The notes below the pieces were generated by a model, which worked only from the letters and a program-made list of their open reading frames with translations, did no database searches and had not been told where the DNA came from. A program made the position numbers and the translations under genes. This document shows, in pieces, positions 14,431 to 27,060 of a stretch of DNA of 64,000 nt. Within the stretch, counting starts at the first letter, position 1. Each line of letters starts with the position of its first letter. The stretch is from Eledone cirrhosa (lineage: Eukaryota), in assembly GCA_964016885.1 (NCBI GenBank), contig OZ024741.1:20770001-20834000 (forward strand), written 5' to 3'.

Positions 14431-14878
14431 ATGGTGGAACTTGGGATTGAAGACCAGCAAAGACAACCAATTAGATGGTGGAACTTGGGGACTGAAGACC
14501 AGCTAAGGCAACCAATTAGATGGTGGAACTTGGGGAGTGAAGACCAGCTGAGACAACCAATTAGATGGTGGAACTTGGGGACTGAAGACCAGCTAAGACA
14601 AACAATTAGATGGTGGAACTTGGGGAGTGAAGACCAGCTGAGACAACCAATTAGATGGTGGAACTTGGGATTGAAGACCAGCAAAGACAACCAATTAGAT
14701 GGTGGAACTTGGGGACTGAAGACCAGCTAAGGCAACCAATTAGATGGTGGAACTTGGGGAGTGAAGACCAGCTGAGACAACCAATTAGATGGTGGAACTT
14801 GGGGACTGAAGACCAGCTAAGACAAACAATTAGATGGTGGAACTTGGGGAGTGAAGACCAGCTGAGACAACCAATTAG
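14431..14878 (+). repeat. Local 224-bp 5-mer tandem duplication
   Basis: The variant TTGGGATTGAAGACCAGCAAAG was seen only at ~14,441 and ~14,665, each followed by the same series (AAGGCAACC, CTGAG, CAAACAATT, CTGAG). Offset 224 = 4x45 + 44. Confidence 0.9.
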
Positions 14879-17800
14879 ATGGTGGAACTTGGGAGTGAAG
14901 ACCAGCTAAGACAACCAATTAGATGATGGAATTGGGGAATGAAGACCAGCTAAGACAACCAATTAGATGGTGGAACTTGGGGAGTGAAGACCAGCTAAGA
15001 GAACCAATTAGATGGTGGAACTTGGGGAGTGAAGACCAGCTAAGAGAACCAATTAGATGGTGGAACTTGGGGAGTGAAGACCAGCTAAGAGAACCAATTA
15101 GATGGTGGAACTTGGGGAGTGAAGACCAGCTGAGACAACCAATTAGATGGTGGAACTTGGGGAGTGAAGACCAGCTAAGACAACCAATTAGATGGTGGAA
15201 CTTGGAGAGTGAAGACCAGATAAGACAACCAATTAGATGGTGGAACTTGGAGAGTGAAGACCAGATAAGACAACCAATTAGATGGTGGAACTTGGGGACT
15301 GAAGACCAGCTAAGACAACCAATTAGATGGTGGAACTTGGGGAGTGAAGACCAGCTAAGACAACCAATTAGATGGTGGAACTTGGGGACTGAAGTCCAGT
15401 TAAGACAACAAATTAGATGGTGAAGCCTGGAGAGTGAAGGCCAGCTAAGACAAACAATTAGATGGTGGAACTTGGGGTGTGGAGACCAGCTAAGACAACC
15501 AATTAGATGGTGGAACTTGGGAGTGAAGACCAGCTAAGACAACCAATTAGATGGTGGAATTGGGGAATGAAGACCAGCTAAGACAACCAATTAGATGGTG
15601 GAACTTGGGGAGTGAAGACCAGCTAAGACAACCAATTAGATGGTGGAACTTGGAGAGTGAAGACCAGCTAAGAGAACGAATTAGATGGAGGAACTTGGAG
15701 AGTGAAGACCAGCTAAGACAACCAATTAGATGGTGGAACTTGGGGAGTGAAGACCAGCTAAGACAACAAATTAGATGGTGGAACTTGGAGAGTGAAGACC
15801 AGCTAAGACAACCAATTAGATGGTGGAACTTACAGGGTGAAGACCAGCTAAGACAACCAATTAGATGATGGAACTTGGAGAGTGAAGACCAGCTAAGAGA
15901 ACCAATTAGATGGTGGAACGTGTGGACTGAAGACCAGCTAAGACAACCAATAAGATGGTGGAACTTGGAGAGTGAAGACCAGCTGAGACAACCAATAAGA
16001 TTGTGGAACTTGGGGAGTGAAGACCAGCTAAGATAACCAATTAGATGGTGGAACTTGGGAGTGAGAACCAGCTAAGACAACCAATTAGATGGTGGAACCT
16101 GGGGAGTGAAGACCAGCTAAGACAACCAATTAGAATGTGGAACTTGGGGAGTGAAGACCAGCTAAGAGAACCAATTAGATGGTGGAACTTGGGGACTGAA
16201 GACCAGCTAAGACAACCAATTAGATGGTGGAACTTGGGGAGTGAAGACCAGCTAAGACAACCAATTAGATGGTGGAACTTGGGGAGTGAAGACCAGCTAA
16301 GACAACCAATTAGATGGTGGAACTTGGAGAGTGAAGACCAGCTAAGACAACCAATTAGATGGTGGAACTTGGGGAGTGAAGACCAGCTAAGACAACCAAT
16401 TAGAATGTGGAACTTGGGGAGTGAAGACCAGCTAAGAGAACCAATTAGATGGTGGAACTTGGGGAGTGAAGACCAGCTAAGAGAACCAGTTAGATGGTGG
16501 AACTTGGGGACTGAAGTACAGTTAAGACAACCAATTAGATGGTGGAACTTGGGGAGTGAAGACCAGCTAAGACAACCAATTACATGGTGGAACTTGGAGA
16601 GTGAAGACCAGCTAAGACAACCAATTAGATGGTGGAACTTGGGGAGTGAAGACCAGCTAAGACAACCAATTAGATGGTGGAACTTGGAGAGTGAAGACCA
16701 GCTAAGTCAACCAATTAGATGGTGGAACTTGGGGAGTGAAGACCAGCTAAGACAACCAATTAGATGGTGGAACTTGGGGAGTGAAGACCAGCTAAGACAA
16801 CCAATTAGATGGTGGAACTTGGGGACTGAAGACCAGCTAAGACAACCAATTAGATGGTGGAACTTGGGGAGTGAAGACCAGCTAAGACAACCAATTAGAT
16901 GGTGGAACTTGGGGAGTGAAGACCAGCTAAGACAACCAATTAGATGGTGGAACTTGGGGAGTGAAGACCAGCTAAGACAACCAATTAGAATGTGGAACTT
17001 GGGGAGTGAAGACCAGCTAAGAGAACCAATTAGATGGTGGAACTTGGGAGTGAAGACCAGCTAAGACAACCAATTAGATGGTGGAACTTGGGGAGTGAAG
17101 ACCAGCTAAGACAACCAATTAGAATGTGGAACTTGGGGAGTGAAGACCAGCTAAGAGAACCAATTAGATGGTGGAACTTGGGGACTGAAGACCAGCTAAG
17201 ACAACCAATTAGATGGTGGAACTTGGGGAGTGAAGACCAGCTAAGACAACCAATTAGATGGTGGAACTTCGGGAGTGAAGACGAGCTAAGACAACCAATT
17301 AGATGGTGGAACTTGGGGAGTGAAGACCAGCTAAGACAACCAATTAGAATGTGGAACTTGGGGAGTGAAGACCAGCTAAGAGAACCAATTAGATGGTGGA
17401 ACTTGGGAGTGAAGACTAGCTAAGACAACCAATTAGATGATGGAATTGGGGAATGAAGACCAGCTAAGACAACCAATTAGAATGTGGAACTTGGGGAGTG
17501 AAGACCAGCTAAGAGAACCAATTAGATGGTGGAACTTGGGGAGTGAAGACCAGCTGAGACAACCAATTAGATGGTGGAACTTGGGGACTGAAGACCAGCT
17601 AAGACAACCAATTAGATGGTGGAACTTGGGGAGTGAAGACCAGCTGAGACAACCAATTAGATGGTGGAACTTGGGAGTGAAGACCAGCTAAGACAACCAA
17701 TTAGATGATGGAATTGGGGAATGAAGACCAGCTAAGACAACCAATTAGAATGTGGAACTTGGGGAGTGAAGACCAGCTAAGAGAACCAATTAGATGGTGG

Positions 17801-19379
17801 AACTTGGGGAGTGAAGACCAGCTGAGACAACCAATTAGATGGTGGAACTTGGGGACTGAAGACCAGCTAAGACAACCAATTAGATGGTGGAACTTGGGGA
17901 GTGAAGACCAGCTGAGACAACCAATTAGATGGTGGAACTTGGGAGTGAAGACCAGCTAAGACAACCAATTAGATGGTGGAACTTGGGGAGTGAAGACCAG
18001 CTAAACAACCAATTAGAATGTGGAACTTGGGGAGTGAAGACCAGCTAAGACAACCAATTAGATGGTGGAACTTGGGGAGTGAAGACCAGCTAAGACAACC
18101 AATTAGATGGTGGAACTTGGGGAGTGAAGACCAGCTAAGACAACCAATCAGATGGTGGAACTTGGGGACTGAAGACCAGCTAAGACAACCAATTAGATGG
18201 TGGAACTTGGGGAGTGAAGACCAGCTAAGACAACCAATTAGATGGTGGAACTTGGGGAGTGAAGACCAGCTAAGACAACCAATTAGATGGTGGAACTTGG
18301 GGAGTGAAGACCAGCTAAGACAACCAATTAGATGGTGGAACTTGGGGAGTGAAGACCAGCTAAGACAACCAATTAGAATGTGGAACTTGGGGAGTGAAGA
18401 CCAGCTAAGACAAACAATTAGATGGTGGAACTTGGGGAGTGAAGACCAGCTGAGACAACCAATTAGATGGTGGAACTTGGGAGTGAAGACCAGCTAAGAC
18501 AACCAATTAGATGATGGAATTGGGGAATGAAGACCAGCTAAGACAACCAATTAGAATGTGGAACTTGGGGAGTGAAGACCAGCTAAGAGAACCAATTAGA
18601 TGGTGGAACTTGGGGAGTGAAGACCAGCTGAGACAACCAATTAGATGGTGGAACTTGGGGACTGAAGACCAGCTAAGACAACCAATTAGATGGTGGAACT
18701 TGGGGAGTGAAGACCAGCTGAGACAACCAATTAGATGGTGGAACTTGGAGAGTGAAGACCAGATAAGACAACCAATTAGATGGTGGAACTTGGAGAGTGA
18801 AGACCAGATAAGACAACCAATTAGATGGTGGAACTTGGGGACTGAAGACCAGCTAAGACAACCAATTAGATGGTGGAACTTGGAGAGTGAAGACCAGATA
18901 AGACAACCAATTAGATGGTGGAACATGGGGACTGAAGACCAGCTAAGACAACCAATTAGATTGTGGAACTTGGGGAGTGAAGACCAGCTAAGACAACCAA
19001 TTAGATGGTGGAACTTGGGGACTGAAGTCCAGTTAAGACAACAAATTAGATGGTGAAGCCTGGAGAGTGAAGGCCAGCTAAGACAAACAATTAGATGGTG
19101 GAACTTGGGGTGTGGAGACCAGCTAAGACAACCAATTAGATGGTGGAACTTGGGAGTGAAGACCAGCTAAGACAACCAATTAGATGGTGGAATTGGGGAA
19201 TGAAGACCAGCTAAGACAACCAATTAGATGGTGGAACTTGGGGAGTGAAGACCAGCTAAGACAACCAATTAGATGGTGGAACTTGGAGAGTGAAGACCAG
19301 CTAAGAGAACGAATTAGATGGAGGAACTTGGAGAGTGAAGACCAGCTAAGACAACCAATTAGATGGTGGAACTTGGGGA

Positions 19380-22300
19380 GTGAAGACCAGCTAAGACAAC
19401 AAATTAGATGGTGGAACTTGGAGAGTGAAGACCAGCTAAGACAACCAATTAGATGGTGGAACTTACAGGGTGAAGACCAGCTAAGACAACCAATTAGATG
19501 ATGGAACTTGGAGAGTGAAGACCAGCTAAGAGAACCAATTAGATGGTGGAACGTGTGGACTGAAGACCAGCTAAGACAACCAATAAGATGGTGGAACTTG
19601 GAGAGTGAAGACCAGCTGAGACAACCAATAAGATTGTGGAACTTGGGGAGTGAAGACCAGCTAAGATAACCAATTAGATGGTGGAACTTGGGGACTGAAG
19701 ACCAGCTAAGACAACCAATTAGATGGTGGAACTTGGGGACTGAAGACCAGCTAAGACAACCAATTAGATGGTGGAATTTGTGGAGTGACGACCAGCTAAG
19801 ACAACCAATTAGATGGTGGAACTTGGGGACTGAAGACCAGCTAAGACAACCAATTAGATGGTGGAAATTGGGAGTGAAGACCAGCTAAGACAACCAATTA
19901 GATGGTGGAATTGGGGAATGAAGACCAGCTAAGACAACCAATTAGATGGTGGAACTTGGGGAGTGAAGACCAGCTAAGACAATCAATTAGATGGTGGAAC
20001 TTGGGGACTGAAGACCAGCTAAGACAATCAATTAGATGGTGGAACTTGGGGAATGAAGACCAGCTAAGACAACCAATTAGATGGTGGAACTTGGGGACTG
20101 AAGACCAGCTAAGACAATCAATTAGATTGTGGAACTTGGGGAGTGACGACCAGCTAAGACAACCAAATAGAATGTGGAACCTGGGGACTGAAGTCCAGTT
20201 AAGACAACCAATTAGATGTTGGAGCCTGGAGAGTGAAGACCAGATAAGACAACCAATTAGATGGTGGAACTTGGAGAGTGAAGACCAGATAAGACAGCCA
20301 ATTAGATGGTGGAACTTGGGGTGTGGAGACCAGCTAAGACAACCAATTAGATGGTGGAACTTGGGAGTGAAGACCAGCTAAGACAACCAATTAGATGGTG
20401 GAATTGGGGAATGAAGACCAGCTAAGACAACCAATTAGATGGTGGAACTTGGGGAGTGAAGACCAGCTAAGACAACAAATTAGATGGTGGAACTTACAGG
20501 GTGAAGACCAGCTAAGACAACCAATTAGATGGTGGAATTGGGGAATGAAGACCAGCTAAGACAACCAATTAGATGGTGGAACTTGGGGAGAGAAGACCAG
20601 CTAAGACAACCAATTAGATGGTGGAACTTGGAGAGAGAAGACCAGCTAAGAAAATTAATTACATGGTGGAACTTGGATAGTGAAGACCAGCTAAGACAAC
20701 CAATTAGATGGTGGAACGTGTGGACTGAAGACCAGCTAAGACAACCAATAAGATGGTGGAACTTGGGAGTGAAGACCAGCTAAGACAACCAATTAGATTG
20801 TGGAATTGGGGAATGAAGACCAGCTAAGACAACCAATTAGATGGTGGAACTTGGGGAGTGAAGACCAGCTAAGAAAACCAATTAGATGGTGGAACTTGGG
20901 GACTGAAGACCAACTAAGACAACCAATTAGATGGTGGAACTTGGGGACTGAAGACCAGCTAAGACAACCAATTAGATGGTGGAACTTGGGGAGTGAAGAC
21001 CAGCTAAGACAACCAATTAGATGGTGGAACTTGGGGAGTGAAGACCAGCTAAGACAACCAGTTAGATGGTGGAACTTGGGGACTGAAGTCCAGTTAAGAC
21101 AACCAATTAGATGGTGGAACTTGGGGACTGAAGACCAGCTAAGACAACCAATTAGATGGTGGAACTTGGGGACTGAAGACCAGCTAAGACAACCAATTAG
21201 ATGGTGGAACTTGGGGAGTGAAGACCAGCTGAGACAACCAGTTAGATGGTGGAACTTGGGGAATGAAGTCCAGTTAAAAAAACCAATTAGATGGTGGAAC
21301 TTGGGGACTGAAGACCAGTTAAGACAACCAATTAGATGGTGGAGCCTGGAGAGTGAAGGCCAGCTAAGACAAACAATTAGATGGTGGAACTTGGGGTGTG
21401 GAGACCAGCTAAGACAACCAATTAGATGGTGGAACTTGGGAGTGAAGACCAGCTAAGACAACCAATTAGATGGTGGAACTTGGGGAATGAAGACCAGCTA
21501 AGAGAACGAATTAGATGGAGGAACTTGGAGAGTGAAGACCAGCTAAGACAACCAATTAGATGGTGGAACTTGGAGAGTGAAGACCAGCTAAGACAACCAA
21601 TTAGATGGTGGAACTTGGAGAGTGAAGACCAGCTAAGACAACCAATTAGATGGTGGAACTTGGAGAGTGAAGACCAGCTAAGACAACCAATTAGATGGTG
21701 GAACTTGGAGAGTGAAGACCAGCTAAGACAACCAATTAGATGGTGGAACTTGGAGAGTGAAGACCAGCTAAGAGAACGAATTAGATGGAGGAACTTGGAG
21801 AGTGAAGACCAGCTAAGACAACCAATTAGATGGTGGAACTTGGGAGTGAAGACCAGCTAAGAGAACCAATTAGATGGTGGAACGTGTGGACTGAAGACCA
21901 GCTAAGACAACCAATAAGATGGTGGAACTTGGGAGTGAAGACCAGCTAAGACAACCAATTAGATGGTGGAATTGGGGAATGAAGACCAGCTAAGACAACC
22001 AATTAGATGGTGGAACTTGGGGAGTGAAGACCAGCTAAGAAAACCAATTAGATGGTGGAACTTGGGGACTGAAGACCAACTAAGACAACCAATTAGATGG
22101 TGGAACTTGGGGACTGAAGACCAGCTAAGACAACCAATTAGATGGTGGAACTTGGGGAGTGAAGACCAGCTAAGACAACCAATTAGATGGTGGAACTTGG
22201 GGAGTGAAGACCAGCTAAGACAACCAGTTAGATGGTGGAACTTGGGACTGAAGTCCAGTTAAGACAACCAATTAGATGGTGGAACTTGGGGACTGAAGAC

Positions 22301-25300
22301 CAGCTAAGACAACCAATTAGATGGTGGAACTTGGGGACTGAAGACCAGCTAAGACAACCAATTAGATGGTGGAACTTGGGGAGTGAAGACCAGCTGAGAC
22401 AACCAGTTAGATGGTGGAACTTGGGGACTGAAGTCCAGTTAAGACAACCAATTAGATGGTGGAACTTGGGGACTGAAGACCAGCTAAGACAACCAATTAG
22501 ATGGTGGAACTTGGGGACTGAAGACCAGGTAAGACAACCAATTAGATGGTGGAACTTGGGGAGTGAAGACCAGCTGAGACAACCAATTAGATGGTGGAAC
22601 TTGGAGAGTGAAGACCAGATAAGGCAACCAATTAGATGGTGGAACTTGGGGACTGAAGACCAGCTAAGACAACCAATTAGATGGTGGAACTTGGGGAGTG
22701 AAGACCAGCTAAGACAACCAATTAGATGGTGAAACTTGGGGACTGAAGTCCAGTTAAGACAACCAATTAGATGGTGGAGCCTGGAGAGTGAAGGCCAGCT
22801 AAGACAAACAATTAGATGGTGGAACTTGGGAGTGAAGACCAGCTAAGACAACCAATTAGATGGTGGAACTTGGGGAGTGAAGACCAGCTAAGACAACCAA
22901 TTAGATGGTGGAACTTGGGGAGTGAAGACCAGCTAAGACAACAAATTAGATGGTGGAACTTGGAGAGTGAAGACCAGCTAAGACAACCAATTAGATGGTG
23001 GAACTTACAGGGTGAAGACCAGCTAAGACAACCAATTAGATGATGGAACTTGGAGAGTGAAGACCAGCTAAGAGAACCAATTAGATGGTGGAACGTGTGG
23101 ACTGAAGACCAGCTAAGACAACCAATAAGATGGTGGAACTTGGAGAGTGAAGACCAGCTGAGACAACCAATAAGATTGTGGAACTTGGGGAGTGAAGACC
23201 AGCTAAGATAACCAATTAGATGGTGGAACTTGGGGACTGAAGACCAGCTAAGACAACCAATTAGATGGTGGAACTTGGGGACTGAAGACCAGCTAAGACA
23301 ACCAATTAGATGGTGGAATTTGTGGAGTGACGACCAGCTAAGACAACCAATTAGATGGTGGAACTTGGGGACTGAAGACCAGCTAAGACAACCAATTAGA
23401 TGGTGGAAATTGGGAGTGAAGACCAGCTAAGACAACCAATTAGATGGTGGAATTGGGGAATGAAGACCAGCTAAGACAACCAATTAGATGGTGGAACTTG
23501 GGGAGTGAAGACCAGCTAAGACAATCAATTAGATGGTGGAACTTGGGGACTGAAGACCAGCTAAGACAATCAATTAGATGGTGGAACTTGGGGAATGAAG
23601 ACCAGCTAAGACAACCAATTAGATGGTGGAACTTGGGGACTGAAGACCAGCTAAGACAACCAATTAGATGGTGGAACTTGGGGAGTGACGACCAGCTAAG
23701 ACAACCAAATAGAATGTGGAACCTGGGGACTGAAGTCCAGTTAAGACAACCAATTAGATGGTGGAGCCTGGAGAGTGAAGACCAGATAAGACAACCAATT
23801 AGATGGTGGAACTTGGAGAGTGAAGACCAGATAAGACAGCCAATTAGATGGTGGAACTTGGGGTGTGGAGACCAGCTAAGACAACCAATTAGATGGTGGA
23901 ACTTGGGAGTGAAGACCAGCTAAGACAACCAATTAGATGGTGGAATTGGGGAATGAAGACCAGCTAAGACAACCAATTAGATGGTGGAACTTGGGGAGTG
24001 AAGACCAGCTAAGACAACAAATTAGATGGTGGAACTTACAGGGTGAAGACCAGCTAAGACAACCAATTAGATGATGGAACTTGGGGAGAGAAGACCAGCT
24101 AAGACAACCAATTAGATGGTGGAACTTGGAGAGAGAAGACCAGCTAAGAAAATTAATTACATGGTGGAACTTGGATAGTGAAGACCAGCTAAGAGAACCA
24201 ATTAGATGGTGGAACGTGTGGACTGAAGACCAGCTAAGACAACCAATAAGATGGTGGAACTTGGGAGTGAAGACCAGCTAAGACAACCAATTAGATTGTG
24301 GAATTGGGGAATGAAGACCAGCTAAGACAACCAATTAGATGGTGGAACTTGGGGAGTGAAGACCAGCTAAGAAAACCAATTAGATGGTGGAACTTGGGGA
24401 GTGAAGACCAGCTAAGACAACCAATTAGATGGTGGAACTTGGGGAGTGAAGACCAGCTAAGACAACCAGTTAGATGGTGGAACTTGGGGACTGAAGACCA
24501 ACTAAGACAACCAATTAGATGGTGGAACTTGGGGACTGAAGACCAGCTAAGACAACCAATTAGATGGTGGAACTTGGGGACTGAAGACCAGCTAAGACAA
24601 CCAATTAGATGGTGGAACTTGGGGAGTGAAGACCAGCTAAGACAACCAGTTAGATGGTGGAACTTGGGGACTGAAGTCCAGTTAAGACAACCAATTAGAT
24701 GGTGGAACTTGGGGACTGAAGACCAGCTAAGACAACCAATTAGATGGTGGAACTTGGGGACTGAAGACCAACTAAGACAACCAATTAGATGGTGGAACTT
24801 GGGGACTGAAGACCAGCTAAGACAACCAATTAGATGGTGGAACTTGGGGAGTGAAGACCAGCTAAGACAACCAATTAGATGGTGGAACTTGGGGAGTGAA
24901 GACCAGCTAAGACAACCAGTTAGATGGTGGAACTTGGGGACTGAAGTCCAGTTAAGACAACCAATTAGATGGTGGAACTTGGGGACTGAAGACCAGCTAA
25001 GACAACCAATTAGATGGTGGAACTTGGGGACTGAAGACCAGCTAAGACAACCAATTAGATGGTGGAACTTGGGGACTGAAGACCAACTAAGACAACCAAT
25101 TAGATGGTGGAACTTGGGGACTGAAGACCAACTAAGACCACCAATTAGATGGTGGAACTTGGGGAGTGAAGACCAGCTAAGACAACCAATTAGATGGTGG
25201 AACTTGGGGAGTGAAGACCAGCTAAGACAACCAATTAGATGGTGGAACTTGGGGACTGAAGACCAACTAAGACAACCAATTAGATGGTGGAACTTGGGGA

Positions 25301-27060
25301 CTGAAGACCAGCTAAGACAACCAATTAGATGGTGGAACTTGGGGAGTGAAGACCAGCTAAGACAACCAATTAGATGGTGGAACTTGGGGAGTGAAGACCA
25401 GCTAAGACAACCAGTTAGATGGTGGAACTTGGGGACTGAAGTCCAGTTAAGACAACCAATTAGATGGTGGAACTTGGGGACTGAAGACCAGCTAAGACAA
25501 CCAATTAGATGGTGGAACTTGGGGACTGAAGACCAGCTAAGACAACCAATTAGATGGTGGAACTTGGGGAGTGAAGACCAGCTGAGACAACCAGTTAGAT
25601 GGTGGAACTTGGGGACTGAAGTCCAGTTAAGACAACCAATTAGATGGTGGAACTTGGGGACTGAAGACCAGTTAAGACAACCAATTAGATGGTGGAGCCT
25701 GGAGAGTGAAGGCCAGCTAAGACAAACAATTAGATGGTGGAACTTGGGGTGTGGAGACCAGCTAAGACAACCAATTAGATGGTGGAACTTGGGAGTGAAG
25801 ACCAGCTAAGACAACCAATTAGATGGTGGAACTTGGGGAATGAAGACCAGCTAAGAGAACGAATTAGATGGAGGAACTTGGAGAGTGAAGACCAGCTAAG
25901 ACAACCAATTAGATGGTGGAACTTGGAGAGTGAAGACCAGCTAAGACAACCAATTAGATGGTGGAACTTGGAGAGTGAAGACCAGCTAAGAGAACGAATT
26001 AGATGGAGGAACTTGGAGAGTGAAGACCAGCTAAGACAACCAATTAGATGGTGGAACTTGGGAGTGAAGACCAGCTAAGAGAACCAATTAGATGGTGGAA
26101 CGTGTGGACTGAAGACCAGCTAAGACAACCAATAAGATGGTGGAACTTGGGAGTGAAGACCAGCTAAGACAACCAATTAGATGGTGGAATTGGGGAATGA
26201 AGACCAGCTAAGACAACCAATTAGATGGTGGAACTTGGGGAGTGAAGACCAGCTAAGAAAACCAATTAGATGGTGGAACTTGGGGACTGAAGACCAACTA
26301 AGACAACCAATTAGATGGTGGAACTTGGGGACTGAAGACCAGCTAAGACAACCAATTAGATGGTGGAACTTGGGGAGTGAAGACCAGCTAAGACAACCAA
26401 TTAGATGGTGGAACTTGGGGAGTGAAGACCAGCTAAGACAACCAGTTAGATGGTGGAACTTGGGGACTGAAGTCCAGTTAAGACAACCAATTAGATGGTG
26501 GAACTTGGGGACTGAAGACCAGCTAAGACAACCAATTAGATGGTGGAACTTGGGGACTGAAGACCAGCTAAGACAACCAATTAGATGGTGGAACTTGGGG
26601 AGTGAAGACCAGCTGAGACAACCAGTTAGATGGTGGAACTTGGGGACTGAAGTCCAGTTAAGACAACCAATTAGATGGTGGAACTTGGGGACTGAAGACC
26701 AGCTAAGACAACCAATTAGATGGTGGAACTTGGGGACTGAAGACCAGGTAAGACAACCAATTAGATGGTGGAACTTGGGGAGTGAAGACCAGCTGAGACA
26801 ACCAATTAGATGGTGGAACTTGGAGAGTGAAGACCAGATAAGACAACCAATTAGATGGTGGAACTTGGGGACTGAAGACCAGCTAAGACAACCAATTAGA
26901 TGGTGGAACTTGGGGAGTGAAGACCAGCTAAGACAACCAATTAGATGGTGAAACTTGGGGACTGAAGTCCAGTTAAGACAACCAATTAGATGGTGGAGCC
27001 TGGAGAGTGAAGGCCAGCTAAGACAAACAATTAGATGGTGGAACTTGGGAGTGAAGACCA
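19380..27060 (+). repeat. ~3.5-4.3 kb tandem higher-order duplication, variant-rich subtype
   Basis: Matching variant series at offset 3,542 (19,688/23,230; 19,902/23,444), then 3,498 (20,800/24,298), 4,353 (21,426/25,779) and 4,218 (21,963/26,181) as whole monomers are gained or lost. A further related copy lies at ~480-2,830. Confidence 0.8.

Larger units (their letters stand above)
8870..18010 (+). repeat. Higher-order duplicated blocks of the AGAATGTGG-rich subtype (three related copies)
   Basis: Rare markers recur in the same order: GAAGTACAG (~9,293; 11,670; 16,514), TTCGGG (~10,092; 12,469; 17,268) and GACTAGCT (~10,238; 12,615; 17,414). Offsets are 2,377 and 4,799-4,844 bp, matching the near-identical ORF translations at 9858/12235/17034. 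Confidence 0.85.
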
